DNA of 64,000 bases from Adineta vaga. Its lineage: Eukaryota > Animalia > Rotifera. The stretch spans positions 8,742,001-8,806,000 of the forward strand of contig CP075495.1 in NCBI GenBank assembly GCA_021613535.1. Direction: 5' to 3'. Below are positions 12,470 to 26,689 of this stretch, one piece after another (positions within the stretch are counted from its first letter, which is position 1; each line of letters opens with the position of its first letter). The notes below the pieces were generated by a model that did no database searches, was not told the DNA's origin, and worked only from the letters and a program-made list of their open reading frames with translations. The position numbers and the translations under genes are program-made.

Positions 12470-14006
12470 ATGTCTACAATAACACAAAGATCCAATATGG
12501 GAACTATCAATTTTAATCAGATGTTAGCTCATGAAGCTCGTCTGAATGGTCTTCATCGATTATTTAAAACACATTTCAATGTTACTGAACCATCACTTAT
12601 ACTTGAACCATATTTATTCTTAGGTAATTGTATATCGGCTCATGACGTCTATCGTCTATCGAAATTAGGTATTCGTTATATTCTGAATGTTGCTAAACGT
12701 GATGTGGAATTGTGTCCATATTATTCAAAAGATACACGTATTCTTACAATTGATCTTCGTGATGATGATCAAGAAAATATTTTACGTATATTTGATCAAG
12801 CATTTGCATTTATTGATGAAGCAAGAAAAAATAATTCTCGTGTATTAGTTCACTGCAGTCATGGACAAAGGTATGTTAATCAATCTTTAAAGAAAAAATA
12901 TCATTTTCTTTATTGTAGTCGATCACCTGCAATTGTGATTGCTTATCTCATGCGTACTTATCATGTCTCATTAGAACAATGTCTTACTCATGTTGTCAAA
13001 GCACGGCCATGCGTTATACCCAACGATGGCTTTTTAAAACAACTCATCCTTTTTGACCGGGTACTTGTTGAACGACGTCGACAGCACCAAATACAGCAAC
13101 ATCAATTACATCAGCAACAGTTACAACAACAACAACAACAACAACAGCGACAACAGCAGCAGCAGCAGCAGCAGCAACAACAACAACTTCTAAAACAACA
13201 ACAACAACAGAAAGAAGCAGCTATGCAAACCATGAGAAGTACTAAATCAACCGAAATTCCCATCCAACATTGTTCTCCTGTTCCTCCTCATCCTATCCCA
13301 CCAGCCATTCGACCGAAACTAATGTCCTCGTCATCCTCATCCTGTAATAGTTCGGCATCGAATGTTATCAATATAGCATCCTTAAATTCCTCAAGTGTAC
13401 GATTATCATCGAAAAAAATGGGTCATTCATCAGCATCAAATCTTCAACCTTCCATAAGTTCGAAATCAATGCAATTTATTCCAATTCAAGTTGCACCTAA
13501 AACAGAACGTAGTTCAGAAAAAGTAAATTAGAAAATAGTTTATTTAATTGTATGTGTTGTCTCCTTTATTTTCATAGGTGAAACGAATTTCAGCTAAAAA
13601 ACCAGTTCCTGACAATGATATTGTTGTAGACAAAAACGTGAAAAGAACCGAGACATCCGAAGAACTTCCTAGAAGTAAATCTTCATCAAAATCATCCACT
13701 AAAACTCGCTTGAAAACTTCCTTATCACACAATGAATTATTATTATCCAAACGAAAATCAAGTTCAAAGAAGTCCTCCGATATTAAAGAACATTCACCAC
13801 GAATGCATCGATCTCATACAGATAAAAATTCTCGTTCAAGTACAAAACATCACAGTAAATCTCATCCTACGCGACAGAATCTAAACTATCATAATACCTA
13901 TCCCTCCGATTATTACAATTCAATCGAACATTTACATACAAATTATATAACTGAAATCTATGATCGAGTTGCCAAACGATTTGTTCCAGCAACGGCCTGC
14001 TACTAA
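12470..14006 (+). CDS. Atypical dual-specificity phosphatase with polyQ and Ser/Lys-rich tail, 3 exons
   Basis: PSLILEPYLFLG; LGIRYILNVA; spliced active-site loop VHCSHGQS|RSPAIVIAYLM (HCxxGxSRS intact); ARPCVIPNDGFLKQL. No rhodanese domain. Confidence 0.88.
13083..13210 (+). repeat. Mixed CAA/CAG polyglutamine tract in the DUSP coding sequence
   Basis: Runs of caa and cag codons encoding [43 protein letters not shown]. Confidence 0.9.
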
Positions 14007-14204
14007 CAATACGTTTTTTATCCTTTTTTTTTCTTATTTAAACTCTCTTTTTTTCGAAAACTTTGTGTACGAATATTTATCAAAATATAAAATCGGGTGC
14101 AAAGTGCACTGACTAGAGTGCAAAAAAAGATGTATTTCCTTTGTCATCGATAAAAATTTATTTAATCAATGTTCGGTTCTTGTCGTATTAACTTGTATAC
14201 GAGA

Positions 14205-16182
14205 TTATTGACCGGGCATATGTAATTGCGAGAGAATATCGAAGTAATTGGACTCTAAAATCATAAGACAGACAGACAGAAAGAAATGGAAAATGAACTC
14301 ATTGAAAAGATGTGATCTAACCTTCTTCAGGCGTAACAAACCCGTGACGAATAAGGAAATCAAGTACAACTGTCGCACAATTTGGCTTGAAATCATCTTT
14401 TATAATAGCTTCTTTAACCTAATTTATAAAGAAAACAATGAGAAAAAGGTACTTTTGAAAAATATATGCACTTCAGGGATTGTCATTAATTGAAATTTTT
14501 CCATTTCGGCATCGCTGTTATTTGGTGTAAATGTAATTGGTAATTGAAGATCATAAACAAATTCTCCCTAAAATAATTTTTTTTCAAAAAGAGTAAAATA
14601 TTATTTACATTTTAGTAGTTTGAAAAAAAAACATTAACCTCAGGATGTATGCCATCGTCATCTTCGTAGCAATAGCTAGATTAGAAGAAAAAAATAAAAA
14701 TTTTAAAACGAAACCTCTTCTTTTCTTTATCAGATCGATGTTAAATCTCAATGATTATAGTGAAGATCAATGAACTCATTTGCTCATTGAATAGAAATAA
14801 TTATTTGTCATAGATAATTAATTTGGTTGTCTATACATCGATCAAAACCAGACTTCGCAAGATTTTTATCATTAAAATCTTCATGCTAGAAAATCATTCT
14901 ACTGTAAGGAACGAATGACATATTCGTCATTGTATAATTTGAATGTAGGAATAAAAAATGACCCAGGAAATAGTTATGTACTAGATAATGTACGATGTAT
15001 AATTCTAAATGAGAACTCAATTAGAAAAAAAACGTCAATACGGAAGGTGAAAGGCAGACAATCAAACAAAAGCAATTTGATGAAGGTTAGACATATTATT
15101 TCAATGACAAAAAGCTCTTTCATGTTAACGTTAAGTAGTCTGAAACAGCGCATGATTAACGAAATCTTTTACGAAAAAATCAAAAACAGAATACACTTCT
15201 ATTTACACAGTGACTCCTTTAAGAAAACAGTTTCATTCATATAATCAGACATACCTAATAGCTCCAACGGCTTTCAATTTTCCATCGATTAAGTCTTTTG
15301 AAATATTTGCTTCTTCATCACATTCTTTTATCATACATGCTGTCGGTGTTAGATCGTGACTAAGACCTCCTGCTGCCTTACAAAAAAAAAGAGAACAGAT
15401 ATCATTTAATTTCATATAAAAAATTCATTTCTTTCTCAATCTTACTAAATTATCATACATGCCAGGAAAAGTCTGTTTCGTTGATGATCGTTTTCCAACC
15501 CACATTCGCCATGTTCCATCAGTATCAATAACATATCCATTCAAATGTGAACCATATTTACGAATACCAAAAACACCTTAAAGAACATATTTTCAAAACA
15601 GAGTACATAATAAGAAAATCATCTGAACATACTTGCACCAGATCTTTCAATTGCAAATAAAGGTGAACTATTGTAAGCTGTTTTTACCAGATAAAGCTAA
15701 AAAGAAAATAAGAATGAATTTCCTTCGATGTCTTGCATTCATCGAAATAATTGATTTACTTCATCTCGCCAACCTCGTAATGTTTTTAAACAATCTTTTA
15801 CACGCATGTCCTTTAAAACATTAGCAACTGCTTCTGTACGATTTTCATATGTATTCAAATGATCAGCTAAAACAAATCTAAACGAATAGAATTTTACTTT
15901 TGATAAGAGTTAAAGATAAATTCGTAGAATGAATATACCGATCTGCATGTTCAATAAAAACCTTTGGATATTGCCGAAGTTGATTTGCAGCATCTTCACG
16001 AATCCATCCAATCTGTTGTGTTCCACATAGAAATGATTTACATTTTGATTTACTTGAACCTAACATATTGAACTTGTCATTAAAATAAAATGATCAGAAA
16101 AGTGTAAATAATAACCTGCTTGATGAAATGAATTCACACGTGCAAGTAAACGTTGAATACCTAATGACCAAATATCAGACAT
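14205..16182 (-). CDS. Nudix hydrolase of the YJR142W / plant NUDT20 type (N-terminal DUF4743-like region), ~10 exons
   Basis: Hand splice: [19 protein letters not shown]...QIGWIR...[13 protein letters not shown]...LRGWRDE...[23 protein letters not shown]...[20 protein letters not shown]|AAGGL...[11 protein letters not shown]...VGAIS|[12 protein letters not shown]|[21 protein letters not shown]...|[17 protein letters not shown]...LHMPGQ*. Confidence 0.88.
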
Positions 16183-16442
16183 CTAAAATAAGAAATCATC
16201 GTTACTGACATTACTAAGTATGAACAGTTATTTTATCAAATCAATACTTTGAATACATTGAAGAAATTATATGAAAATCAACACACATTTTCTATTCTTA
16301 AAAAATACATAAGAACAAAATATCTACCCAAATATACAAACATGCTAAAAAAAAAACAATCATACATTTCTACAATATTCTTGACTTTTGTTTATTTGTT
16401 AATGTTGATCTTGAGTAAAGCAAAATAATATCTCTCATATTC

Positions 16443-17444
16443 TTATTCTCCTTCTTCATTATAATACAATCGTGTAGCAAAATTAACTGGAAATATTCCA
16501 ATAGTTCCATCTGATTTCTCTGCAAATTCCCAACCTTTATCACGTATATTATCTTCTTTATTATCAAATGATATGACAGCAATAAGTTCATCTTTTATTA
16601 AATTAAGTTCATCTTCATTCTCAGCTTTGTAATCATGAATAACACGTGCTCGATGTAAAACTTTATAATCTGTTCGTTTTGAACCTGATAATGGTATAGA
16701 ATACAGTCGTCTAGTATTATAATCTGTAATAGAGGATCGTGTTTCCAGTTTTGAATCATTTCCATTAGTATTCACACTTGTTGACAGATCGTCGTTAGTA
16801 TTTTTATTAAAATTTGAAAATGATTTGTACGTTTTTTTATAATATTTCCCATGCATTCTAAATATATCTTTGATATTATCAATAAATTGTTTTTGAAGAT
16901 CTCGATGAAATTTTGGCAGATCATCACGTAATTCATTATTGACTAAATTTAATGCCGATTTCAATTGATCTAATTCATTTTTAATACGATCGACTTTTGC
17001 TTGTTCATCACGTTTAATACTTGCTTGATAATTTCGACGTGTTTTATCATATTCATGTTGTACACGATTCTGTCCATCAATACGTGTTTGCATTGCTTTA
17101 AAGCTATTCGTTGATGTATTAATACTTAGTGTAATTTGTTCATTTAATTGTTGTATATGTTCAGTCGAAGTTTGATTCATATGATTGTATGTTTCAACAA
17201 GTGATTGCTGTTGAGGCCATGTTGAAGAATCATTCAATGAACTGATAAAATCAAAAAATCTATTTGATGCGTTATTAAATAATAATTTCGCTTGTATATA
17301 TTTGTCAAATTCCCGTTTGAATCGACATAATATCTCATGTTCGTCATCAAAACGTCTTATCGCTTGGATAATTTGAATGTCAGTCGTTTTATTATTACTA
17401 CCCATTATCTGATCTGTGACACTGCGAAGAAGAGACTTGGCCAT
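16443..17444 (-). CDS. Amphiphysin/BIN-like N-BAR + SH3 protein, intronless CDS
   Basis: 333-aa ORF with a helical BAR region (TTD...RRF...; HEYDKTR; NNELRDDLPKF) and a C-terminal SH3 (ARVIHDYKAENEDELNL...DKGW...GIFPVNF) carrying the amphiphysin-type n-Src insert. Confidence 0.8.
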   Translation of the reverse strand: MAKSLLRSVTDQIMGSNNKTTDIQIIQAIRRFDDEHEILCRFKREFDKYIQAKLLFNNASNRFFDFISSLNDSSTWPQQQSLVETYNHMNQTSTEHIQQLNEQITLSINTSTNSFKAMQTRIDGQNRVQHEYDKTRRNYQASIKRDEQAKVDRIKNELDQLKSALNLVNNELRDDLPKFHRDLQKQFIDNIKDIFRMHGKYYKKTYKSFSNFNKNTNDDLSTSVNTNGNDSKLETRSSITDYNTRRLYSIPLSGSKRTDYKVLHRARVIHDYKAENEDELNLIKDELIAVISFDNKEDNIRDKGWEFAEKSDGTIGIFPVNFATRLYYNEEGE

Positions 17445-18704
17445 GGCTTTTTTTTACTTATACGAATCAGCCGCTTGTTCCTTTTTACACAAGGTGAGAA
17501 ATGAATCAGTCGTTTAACTGCACTGTCAACATATACGCACAACACTTGAAAGAAAAAGGATAAAAGAAAAGAAATATGACTATACTGTTGATTACGAATT
17601 TAGAAGAGAACCTTACGTAGTAACTATACATTTCAGTTACTGATGAAAAGAATCCGTAAAAAAGATTCGCATGTCATAGTTGTAAAAGATGCCGAAGATT
17701 TCTATTCGAAGTCGAAGCGTATGTTATTCACAAAACTATCGAAGAAAATCTCGAGCTATGGATTGTATTCATATAAATTATATAAAACAATTAACTCAAT
17801 AAATCGACAATGTTTATTTCATTGAGTAGAACAAATAATGTGCTTTGAAAGCAATACAACGAAAAACAAGGAACAATGAATTATATAGAGAAAACAAAAA
17901 GACTGTATAAACAAAATATGAGTACCAGAACACATTCGGTATCTGTCTTTTTAGAATATGCAAAGGAAAACAACAAATAAAACTACATTCTAATACGTTC
18001 TAACATGTAGAAACGAAAAACGTTGTTGACACTGATTCATGTCTCGAATTATGATGTTGAAAAGTGTCTCTACAAAGAAAACAAAATGAGAATGATTATG
18101 AAAATAAAGAAAAATCCTTTCATTTACTATATAGTTTACGAAAGTTTTCACTTCAAATTTTTGAAGATTGTTTGTTTAATTAAATAGATGCGAGCAGAAA
18201 AAGCATGTTAATAAATTTATTCAAAATAAATCATATTGATCAACATTTGATACAAATCGAAACCTATGTACTGATATAAATGCATATAATTTCCAATTGA
18301 TCACCATTGTCAAATAAACTTTCGTAGAATAATATCTATTTACATCATTTATAATCTTTTCATTTTTCAAATTTTGTTGGGAGAAAGAGAGAGAGAGTAT
18401 GTGAAAGAATGAGAAAAGAAAACAATGAAAACAAAAATTTTGTACGATCAAACGTTAATCGTTTGTTATAGACAAAACATCAGACATACACAAGCAAAAA
18501 AAAATAGCTACGTAGTATAGAATTGTACGTCGTCTGTTTTCCAACTAGATGAAGAGAAAAACAAACAAAATCAAAGAACAAAGTTATACTGTTTCAATTT
18601 TGTTTTTAAATCCTGAGAGCAAAACGTTTTTTTTTGTCTTTTCTTACATGAGTTTTTGTACTTAATTTCGAAATTTAACAAAATAACATGTATATTTAAT
18701 ATAC

Positions 18705-20522
18705 TTAATCAATAACAACACATGATTCATTGGAGAGAACTTTATTTGTTATTGTTGTATGTCGGATTTCTTTGGAATTAAGAATAAAAACTGTTTTAAC
18801 TTTGCCTTCCAATAATTGTTTCTTCGGCGATACGAAAAATTCGACAACACGTGTTAAAATTGAGTCAATTTCAGAATCATAGATATTTAATAATAAATTT
18901 CCACCATGTTCGAGCCAATGAGAATGTAAAACATCACTATCAGTTTTGTCCGCATCAACATAACTACGTTTTGAACAAAGATAACATTTCAAATAAATTC
19001 GTTGATATGTTAATGAAGATGACGTATTTGTTGAATTATTATTATCATCATTCTCAGTTAATTTAAATCGTTTGGATTTATCAGTTACTTTTGCTATCGA
19101 TTTCCGTTTGACAATCATTTTTTCTGTTCTCATTGTTGTAATAGTTGTTCGCGTCGTTGTACATTCATTTGTTACAGATGTTTTACATAATAGTTTATGT
19201 GATGCAGACTATAATGAAAAAGAAAATAACTTTGATTGTTTGAGTTTTTTGTCGATAAAGATTACGCACGATAGTTTCCAGTGGATTATTCAAAATTTCA
19301 TCAATTGTTGATTGTTCCAAACGATCAAGAATAACTTGACATTTAAGAGTTGAATGAACAGGAATATTTATTGAGATTTTATTGGAATTTTGATGAACTG
19401 TATTCATAGCCATGCTGACAAAGTCTATGTAAAAAAAGGAAACATGAAATTCAACTAATCATAATATTAACTTATCTTTAAAACGATAAAAATAGTTTCA
19501 AATAAGTTGAATCTTATGTTAAAGCAATAGTTTTTGAATCAATATCCTACGAAATATGATTATGTAAACCGTGACTGAATTTACATAACTTTCAAACAAC
19601 ACATATATACTGACGTATAGATAGGTATTTATTCACATATACAAACTGTATATTTACATCATACAAAAATATTTAGGAACAGAGAGTTATGAACGTTGAG
19701 AGTTTTTTTTTAAATTCAAATCAGACGATGAAGTATTGATTGAACTTTGTTTTCGATAAAGAAAAGATTTTCATAGCGATTTTGACATTAATATAAACGA
19801 ATACTTTCACTTAATGTATTTGTAATATATATATATATATATATGATAGTTATGATATTGATTATCAGAGAAGAATTGTTACAATTATATTTACCTGTTT
19901 TTGAGAATTTTCGTTTTTTCGGACTTTTATTCGATGCTGATAGAGCACGTGTTTGTACTGTTGGACGTGGTAGAAGACTTTGTGCTTTGGCACTGGCATC
20001 TGTTGAACAGAAATTTTCAATATCACAAATTGTTGTTAAAAATTTCAAGAATGGTAAACGAATATATAAAGCTTGTCGTACACGTTTATCATACTTCGGT
20101 AAAGGAAGTAAACAAACAGGAGATGCTAATCGTTGAGTTAATGGTCGTAAATTGAGATTACGCATATCTGATTGTTTAGTTTTCGATCGAAGACCAACAT
20201 ATGACAAGAATTCATCTACATCAACATGCTCATCCATATCATGTTTATCATCATTGATTTGCTCGTTACTCGTAATTATCGAAGATATTCCATCGATATT
20301 CTCTTGTATTGAGTTTTCAATTGGATCATCAGTTTCATTCGTTTTTTCATTATTATTTTCATCACTTTTATTTATGTTTACAATTAATGATTGATCGATA
20401 TGTGATATGGAAGGCGTTGATAAAGATGTTCGATGTCGAACAGGTGAAAACTGTGCTCTCGTTGTTGTTAAAGAATGCTGATGAAAAGATGTGCTTGTCG
20501 TAAAATATACTGTTGTTGCCAT
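18705..20522 (-). CDS. Uncharacterised putative nuclear protein with a single C2H2-like finger, ~3 exons
   Basis: ORFs 20522-19895, ~19425-19266 and ~19208-18705 can be joined at GT/AG sites; they contain the NLS-like SPKKRKF and C-x2-C...H-x3-H (CYLCSK...LHSHWLEH). Junctions are approximate. Confidence 0.5.
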
Positions 20523-21159
20523 ATCGATTCAATTAATTTCAATATCAATAGAATAATCAAAATATAAGAACGTGTGCGTGTGCGTGTGTGTGTGTGTGAG
20601 AGAGAGAGAAAGTAACAGCGAGAAAAAAGAATATTGATGGATATATATTAATAGAAAATAATCTAAATAGAAATTGTATATTACAGTATAGAAAACCAAT
20701 TTTTATTATCATTAAATGATCTTCAATATATACATTACATTCTTGTTATATGTTTGTATATATCTATAACAATGCGAATCAAATTATGTATATGATATGA
20801 ATGAATAGATGGTGTATGAAGGTTGATACACATCGAAAACAACCAATCAAAATAAATCAAATTTGTTTTAAATTGTTAGAAAAAAAATTTTCTAGTTATT
20901 ATTACTTGATTAATAATAGTTCAGTTAAATCAAAGATAGATAAAGCCCAATCATAGATTAAAACAAAGAACAGATTATTATGAATTTAATCGTTGTAGTC
21001 GATAGTAGCACTCTATATACTTTGAAATTATTGGTTCAATTTTGTTTTCAAGAAAAAAATTGTGAATTTATTATATTAAAAAATGTATATTTTAAAAATC
21101 TTATGAAAATAGATTCTCTCATTGAAAAGTTTTTTTTCTAGCAATTACTCATTATATCA

Positions 21160-21173
21160 GTTACCATAACAAC
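21160..21173 (+). promoter_or_regulatory. RFX X-box-like element upstream of calcyphosin-like gene
   Basis: GTTACCATAACAAC resembles the X-box consensus GTTNCC-AT-RGNAAC and lies ~190 nt before a cilia-associated gene. Confidence 0.55.
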
Positions 21174-21352
21174 TTTTTACATCTATAATCATTGTATGGC
21201 GATGTCACTAGTAGAATTGTTTATGATTGTGAAGCGGAATAGTAAATTTAGTTGACTAATTATTTATTGTCAAAGATAAAGTAAATAGACATATTTACAT
21301 TTCTGATTTTATTTGTTAGATCAAAGCACATACATATATTTGATATATAAGT

Positions 21353-22198
<846 letters not shown>

Positions 22199-22769
22199 TC
22201 TATCAATCACATTATGCTTTACTTTTTTTACATTGTTAGCAGTTGACAAATCTGTGCAGTAGTAAAACATAAGTTCTTTTTTCTCATGTGCATATATGAG
22301 TGTGTAAATAAAGTAATTCATTCAATATTTTATTTCTACATATCTTTGTATCTCATTTGATCTTGATTTTGTTTTATTTCGTATACATTTTTCTTCTCTT
22401 ATCGTGTCAAATCTGTCAATGTATTGTGATCGTTGTTCTGTTGTTATTTTGTTTATTTGTAATGTGAAAAATAAATCTAATAGACAGGAAGAATTATATG
22501 AAGACTTTTGTATTCTAGAAAACTATGAAGTAAAAGTAGTTTAATTGGCGCTTTCCTAGAATTTTTTTATCCAAATATTATTCCGATTTCGAAATCATCT
22601 ATTACGTTTGCTATTGTTATCATAGTGATGATAGAACAAGTTGTGGAGTTAGTAATTCAGTCATCAAGATTATTCAACATAGAATAAGCTGCCAATTGGA
22701 ATAAAGTAAATGAAATCAAGATATAAAAACGAAATTTTGTATTTATTTCCGTTGAAAAGAATTGAATTG

Positions 22770-25700
22770 ATGTGGGATCAATATCGAGACGTATCCGAAA
22801 GCGAAAAAAAAGAAGTTCGATTATCGTTCGATCTATTTTCATGGCGTAGTAAGTAAGGTGATTATGTGTTCGTTTTGCAATAGCGGTAAACTGCGGAAGC
22901 ATGTTTCATTTTAAAATCAAAGCAAAATATCGCGATTTGTTAAGAGGTTTGCTTTTCATTAATAGAACAATCGATTCTCCCTTTAACCACCGAATTTTGT
23001 TCCAAAAATCAGAATGCAACCGATCCAGATTCGTCTCAAACAGAACATAATTCATTATCAAATAAAAATAAGAATTCTCATCTATTGATCGTATCTTCTC
23101 CGGTAATTAATTTTACAAATGCTAGTTCAGTTGAATTACGAATCAATGAAAATAATCAATTAGAAAGTAAACAATACATTAATTTGTTGTTGTTGTTGAC
23201 ATTATCACTTAGTTTCTATAGAAATCAATTCACATACATCAGAAAAATGTATAATCATTACACGACGTTATTCAAAACCAAGTCGACATGATTCTGTACA
23301 AATAATAACCTCTGAAATACGTCAACGTCAAATGGATCGATATCGAAATTATGCACATCAACTCAACTCAACTCAACTCTATTCATTTTTAATTTCATTC
23401 GATGGTGTTGAATGTTACGATACAAATTGTCACCCATCTATATTTAATGCATCGTATCGATGCCGAACAATGCCATTTAAAGCATTACCTTCGATGAATG
23501 ATCAAGATATTAAACATAATATTTCCTATATTTCTCTAACTAACTTATCGAATATAATTGATCATGAACCGAATGTATCAAGAAGAAATTCTTATACACA
23601 ATCATCTAGTAATGTTTTAACTCATAAAACGTCATTATTTCTTGCAGATATATTCAGTAAATATGTTTTCTTTTTAAATCTCAAATATAGTCATGATTTT
23701 CTCATAGATAAAATGACATATGAACAACGTACTAAATCCATTGTTGAATTAACGAAATTACATGAACATTTGACGAAATCGAAGAGTATATGAACGTACA
23801 TCATCTAAACTACTTTGTTTTCTATTTACTCTACTATAGCTGCTTTAAATAAACTACAACGAACTACATCACTACCGAATTTACATAAAATAACAACAAA
23901 ATTAGATAGTGTGACATCATTATTCGCTGAAGAAACAGCTACATGTTTGAATAAAACATAGAAAATGATTTCTTATTCGAACAATTATTTGATTGTAGAT
24001 ACATCATTTGAAGATCAGCATATAACTAATTTGAATAAAGAAAATCTAACAAAACAAAAGGTTTATACACAATTAGAAAATGGTCAACTATTACATACAG
24101 ATAATTCATCAACGACTGCATCTACAATTCCATCAGCTATAATACATTTGTCAACAGTAAAACCGTCTTTACGTATGTTAAAATCTACTGCTAAATTTCT
24201 TTTGTACAATTAAATAACTCTAGTTTCTACTAAATCAACTGATTTACCATTAGTATCAAAACAAAAATCTGTTGAAGTGTTAAAGGTGAATGAAACCAAT
24301 ACACAATTATCAAATTCGATAGTAAATTCAATGGCTGATATTAAACAAGAAAGGATATCGAATGAAAATGAAAATCTCCAGAAAACTAATGACTTAATGT
24401 TAAATTCACCAATGGAAACTAAGAAAGATCAAATAAATCCATTGTTTTCCTATCTTCCATCATCAAAGGATGAAGATAAACGAGAAATTAATTTAAATGA
24501 TGTGACGGAATATCTTTTGCAACAAGATGTTAACAATCTATCGACAAATTACGATGTATCATTTACTGTTAGTCCTAAAGAATCGAACAAAACAAACGAA
24601 TTATTGGCAACGATCATGAATTATCCGTACGATCTCAATCACCTGTAAGTTTCGTAATAAACTTTCAAACTTACACATATTTGATTTGGAATATATCTTT
24701 TCAAAGTCAGAAAAATCAACAATGCTAATCACTTCCGTAGCAACATCAACGAAACCTGACTCAATATCATTATTATTGCCATTGGTCACTGATGATGAAA
24801 CATCGATGATAACTCGAACGACAGCAGCATCGACTAATCTGACAGCAACTGAAGATACTGATACTAATGATGATGATCAATCCAAATTGATTAATGAACA
24901 AATAAAACGTAGTAGTTTAGGTCTTGCACGTGATTCACTTGAACTTCTTCGTAATAATACACCACATCATCGAAACAGTGAAGAACAATTAACTCCACGA
25001 TCAAATGTTGATAGTACACCTCGAAAACGAAAATCAGTTTTAAAATCACGAATTATAAGTTCAAATGATTTACCAACACCAAAACTCATTTCCTATATTG
25101 CTATCGACGAGCTTAAAGATGATAAACGTTCGATAGAACAGCAAATACAGTAAATTCAAATGGATAAGCAATTCAATTTCATTTATAGCCTAATTATTTA
25201 GACGTCGTTCACTTACACTCGATAAAGACGGTCACTTATCTCATGTACAAGTCCAAAACCCAAACGTGATTCATTAACATTGCTTCAACAATATTCGTCA
25301 GGACTAACAACTCCTCATTCGGGACGTTATCATCTATCTAATTCCGATGATAAACATGTAGAATTTATTCGTGAACCCGGTAATACTATTACACCTGTAT
25401 TACATGTTGGAAGAGGAATAAAATCTGTACGAAGATATCCTTTTAAATACTGAAATATTTTATGATTGACATTCTTTAGAAATATTTCACAAATAAACAT
25501 ATCAATTCGACGTTCTCCAATGAATTCTATCATCATATTTTGGATCCTATATTGGATTTATCCGAACGTTCAAAAAGTGATATATCTTTGATTGACAAGG
25601 ATAATTCCACAAAATACTTTTCTCCTCGTCAACATACTCCACAAATTCCATTGTCATCAATGACAATACCATATATTGAAACAGATGATACTATGAACGA

Positions 25701-25825
25701 AAGTAAATAGATACTTATAAAAAGATGCTATTTGTTTTATTTTTCTAGAAGTATGTCTGAATAAGAATGAATATGATAAAATGATTCGTTTAATTATAAC
25801 ATCATTATTGAAAAAGAAAAAGTAA
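22770..25825 (+). CDS. Uncharacterised Ser/Thr/Asn-rich multi-exon protein (orphan)
   Basis: Chain of plus-strand ORF pieces (23085, 23332, 23965, 24277, 24686...) separated by ~50-60 nt GT-AG gaps. The first junction (MWDQYRD...WR|KQSILP) is frame-consistent. No recognisable domain; boundaries approximate. Confidence 0.5.
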
Positions 25826-26318
25826 TGTCTAATACGATATCAATACATATTTTCAAGATTCATTTCTTGTTTTATCTCATCAAGAAAAAATTCAAGTCAA
25901 TCTACAATGCAATTGAATAATAATCTATGCAATAACAATCGTTTAACCATTTTTCAAAATATAATTCTTTTGATTCTTCTAATATCCTTCTATGTATTCA
26001 TATTTATTAAAAGTCAATATTGGCAAGAATATAATAAAAAATAATTATTATCTATATTAGAATAGATTAGTATAACATTCGTTAGTTATTCATACTTATT
26101 TATTGTATTTCGATATCTCATTCACACAACAAAAAGAAAATTTCTTGTCATTTATAATGATAGTGATGTCAGTATGATCAATTTGATTGTAGCGACTAAA
26201 ATATAGGATTGGTAGCAAATAAACTAATGTTGGACTTTTCCTGTTCTGTCTGTCTATATCGTATCTATCTACCCTAGTCATAGCTATATGGACTGACTGT
26301 TCTGTTGGTAGTGCAAAG

Positions 26319-26363
26319 CGAAGCTTCATGATGATTCTCGATTGTTCGAGTACCTTCTCGAAT
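26319..26363. promoter_or_regulatory. Extended heat-shock element (HSF1 binding site)
   Basis: Alternating pentamer cores in exact 5-bp phase: GAA(26320) TTC(26325) GAT TTC GAT TTC GTA TTC GAA(26360), ~330 nt upstream of the DNAJB ATG. Confidence 0.8.
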
Positions 26364-26689
26364 AGAATTTTTTTTTCTTTTCTTACGAAAGAACGATACA
26401 GAGAAGTATATTAGAGAAGAGAAACGAGCGTGCATCTTATACATGTTGTTGTCGTTGTATGTAATACGTAATCATCATATACAATATAGTACAGAAAGCG
26501 AGAAAAGAAACGAATGAATTACATGTTGTTCAATAGATTCTATAGGCCAATGCAATTTTGAGAAGAAAAGAAGAACACAAAAAAATAAAACTATTAGTCA
26601 CGGTGTAATGAACAAATAGTTTTCATCTTTTATAGATTTATTTTTGCTCGATTTTCATATAATATATATATTCTTGAATACGATATATT

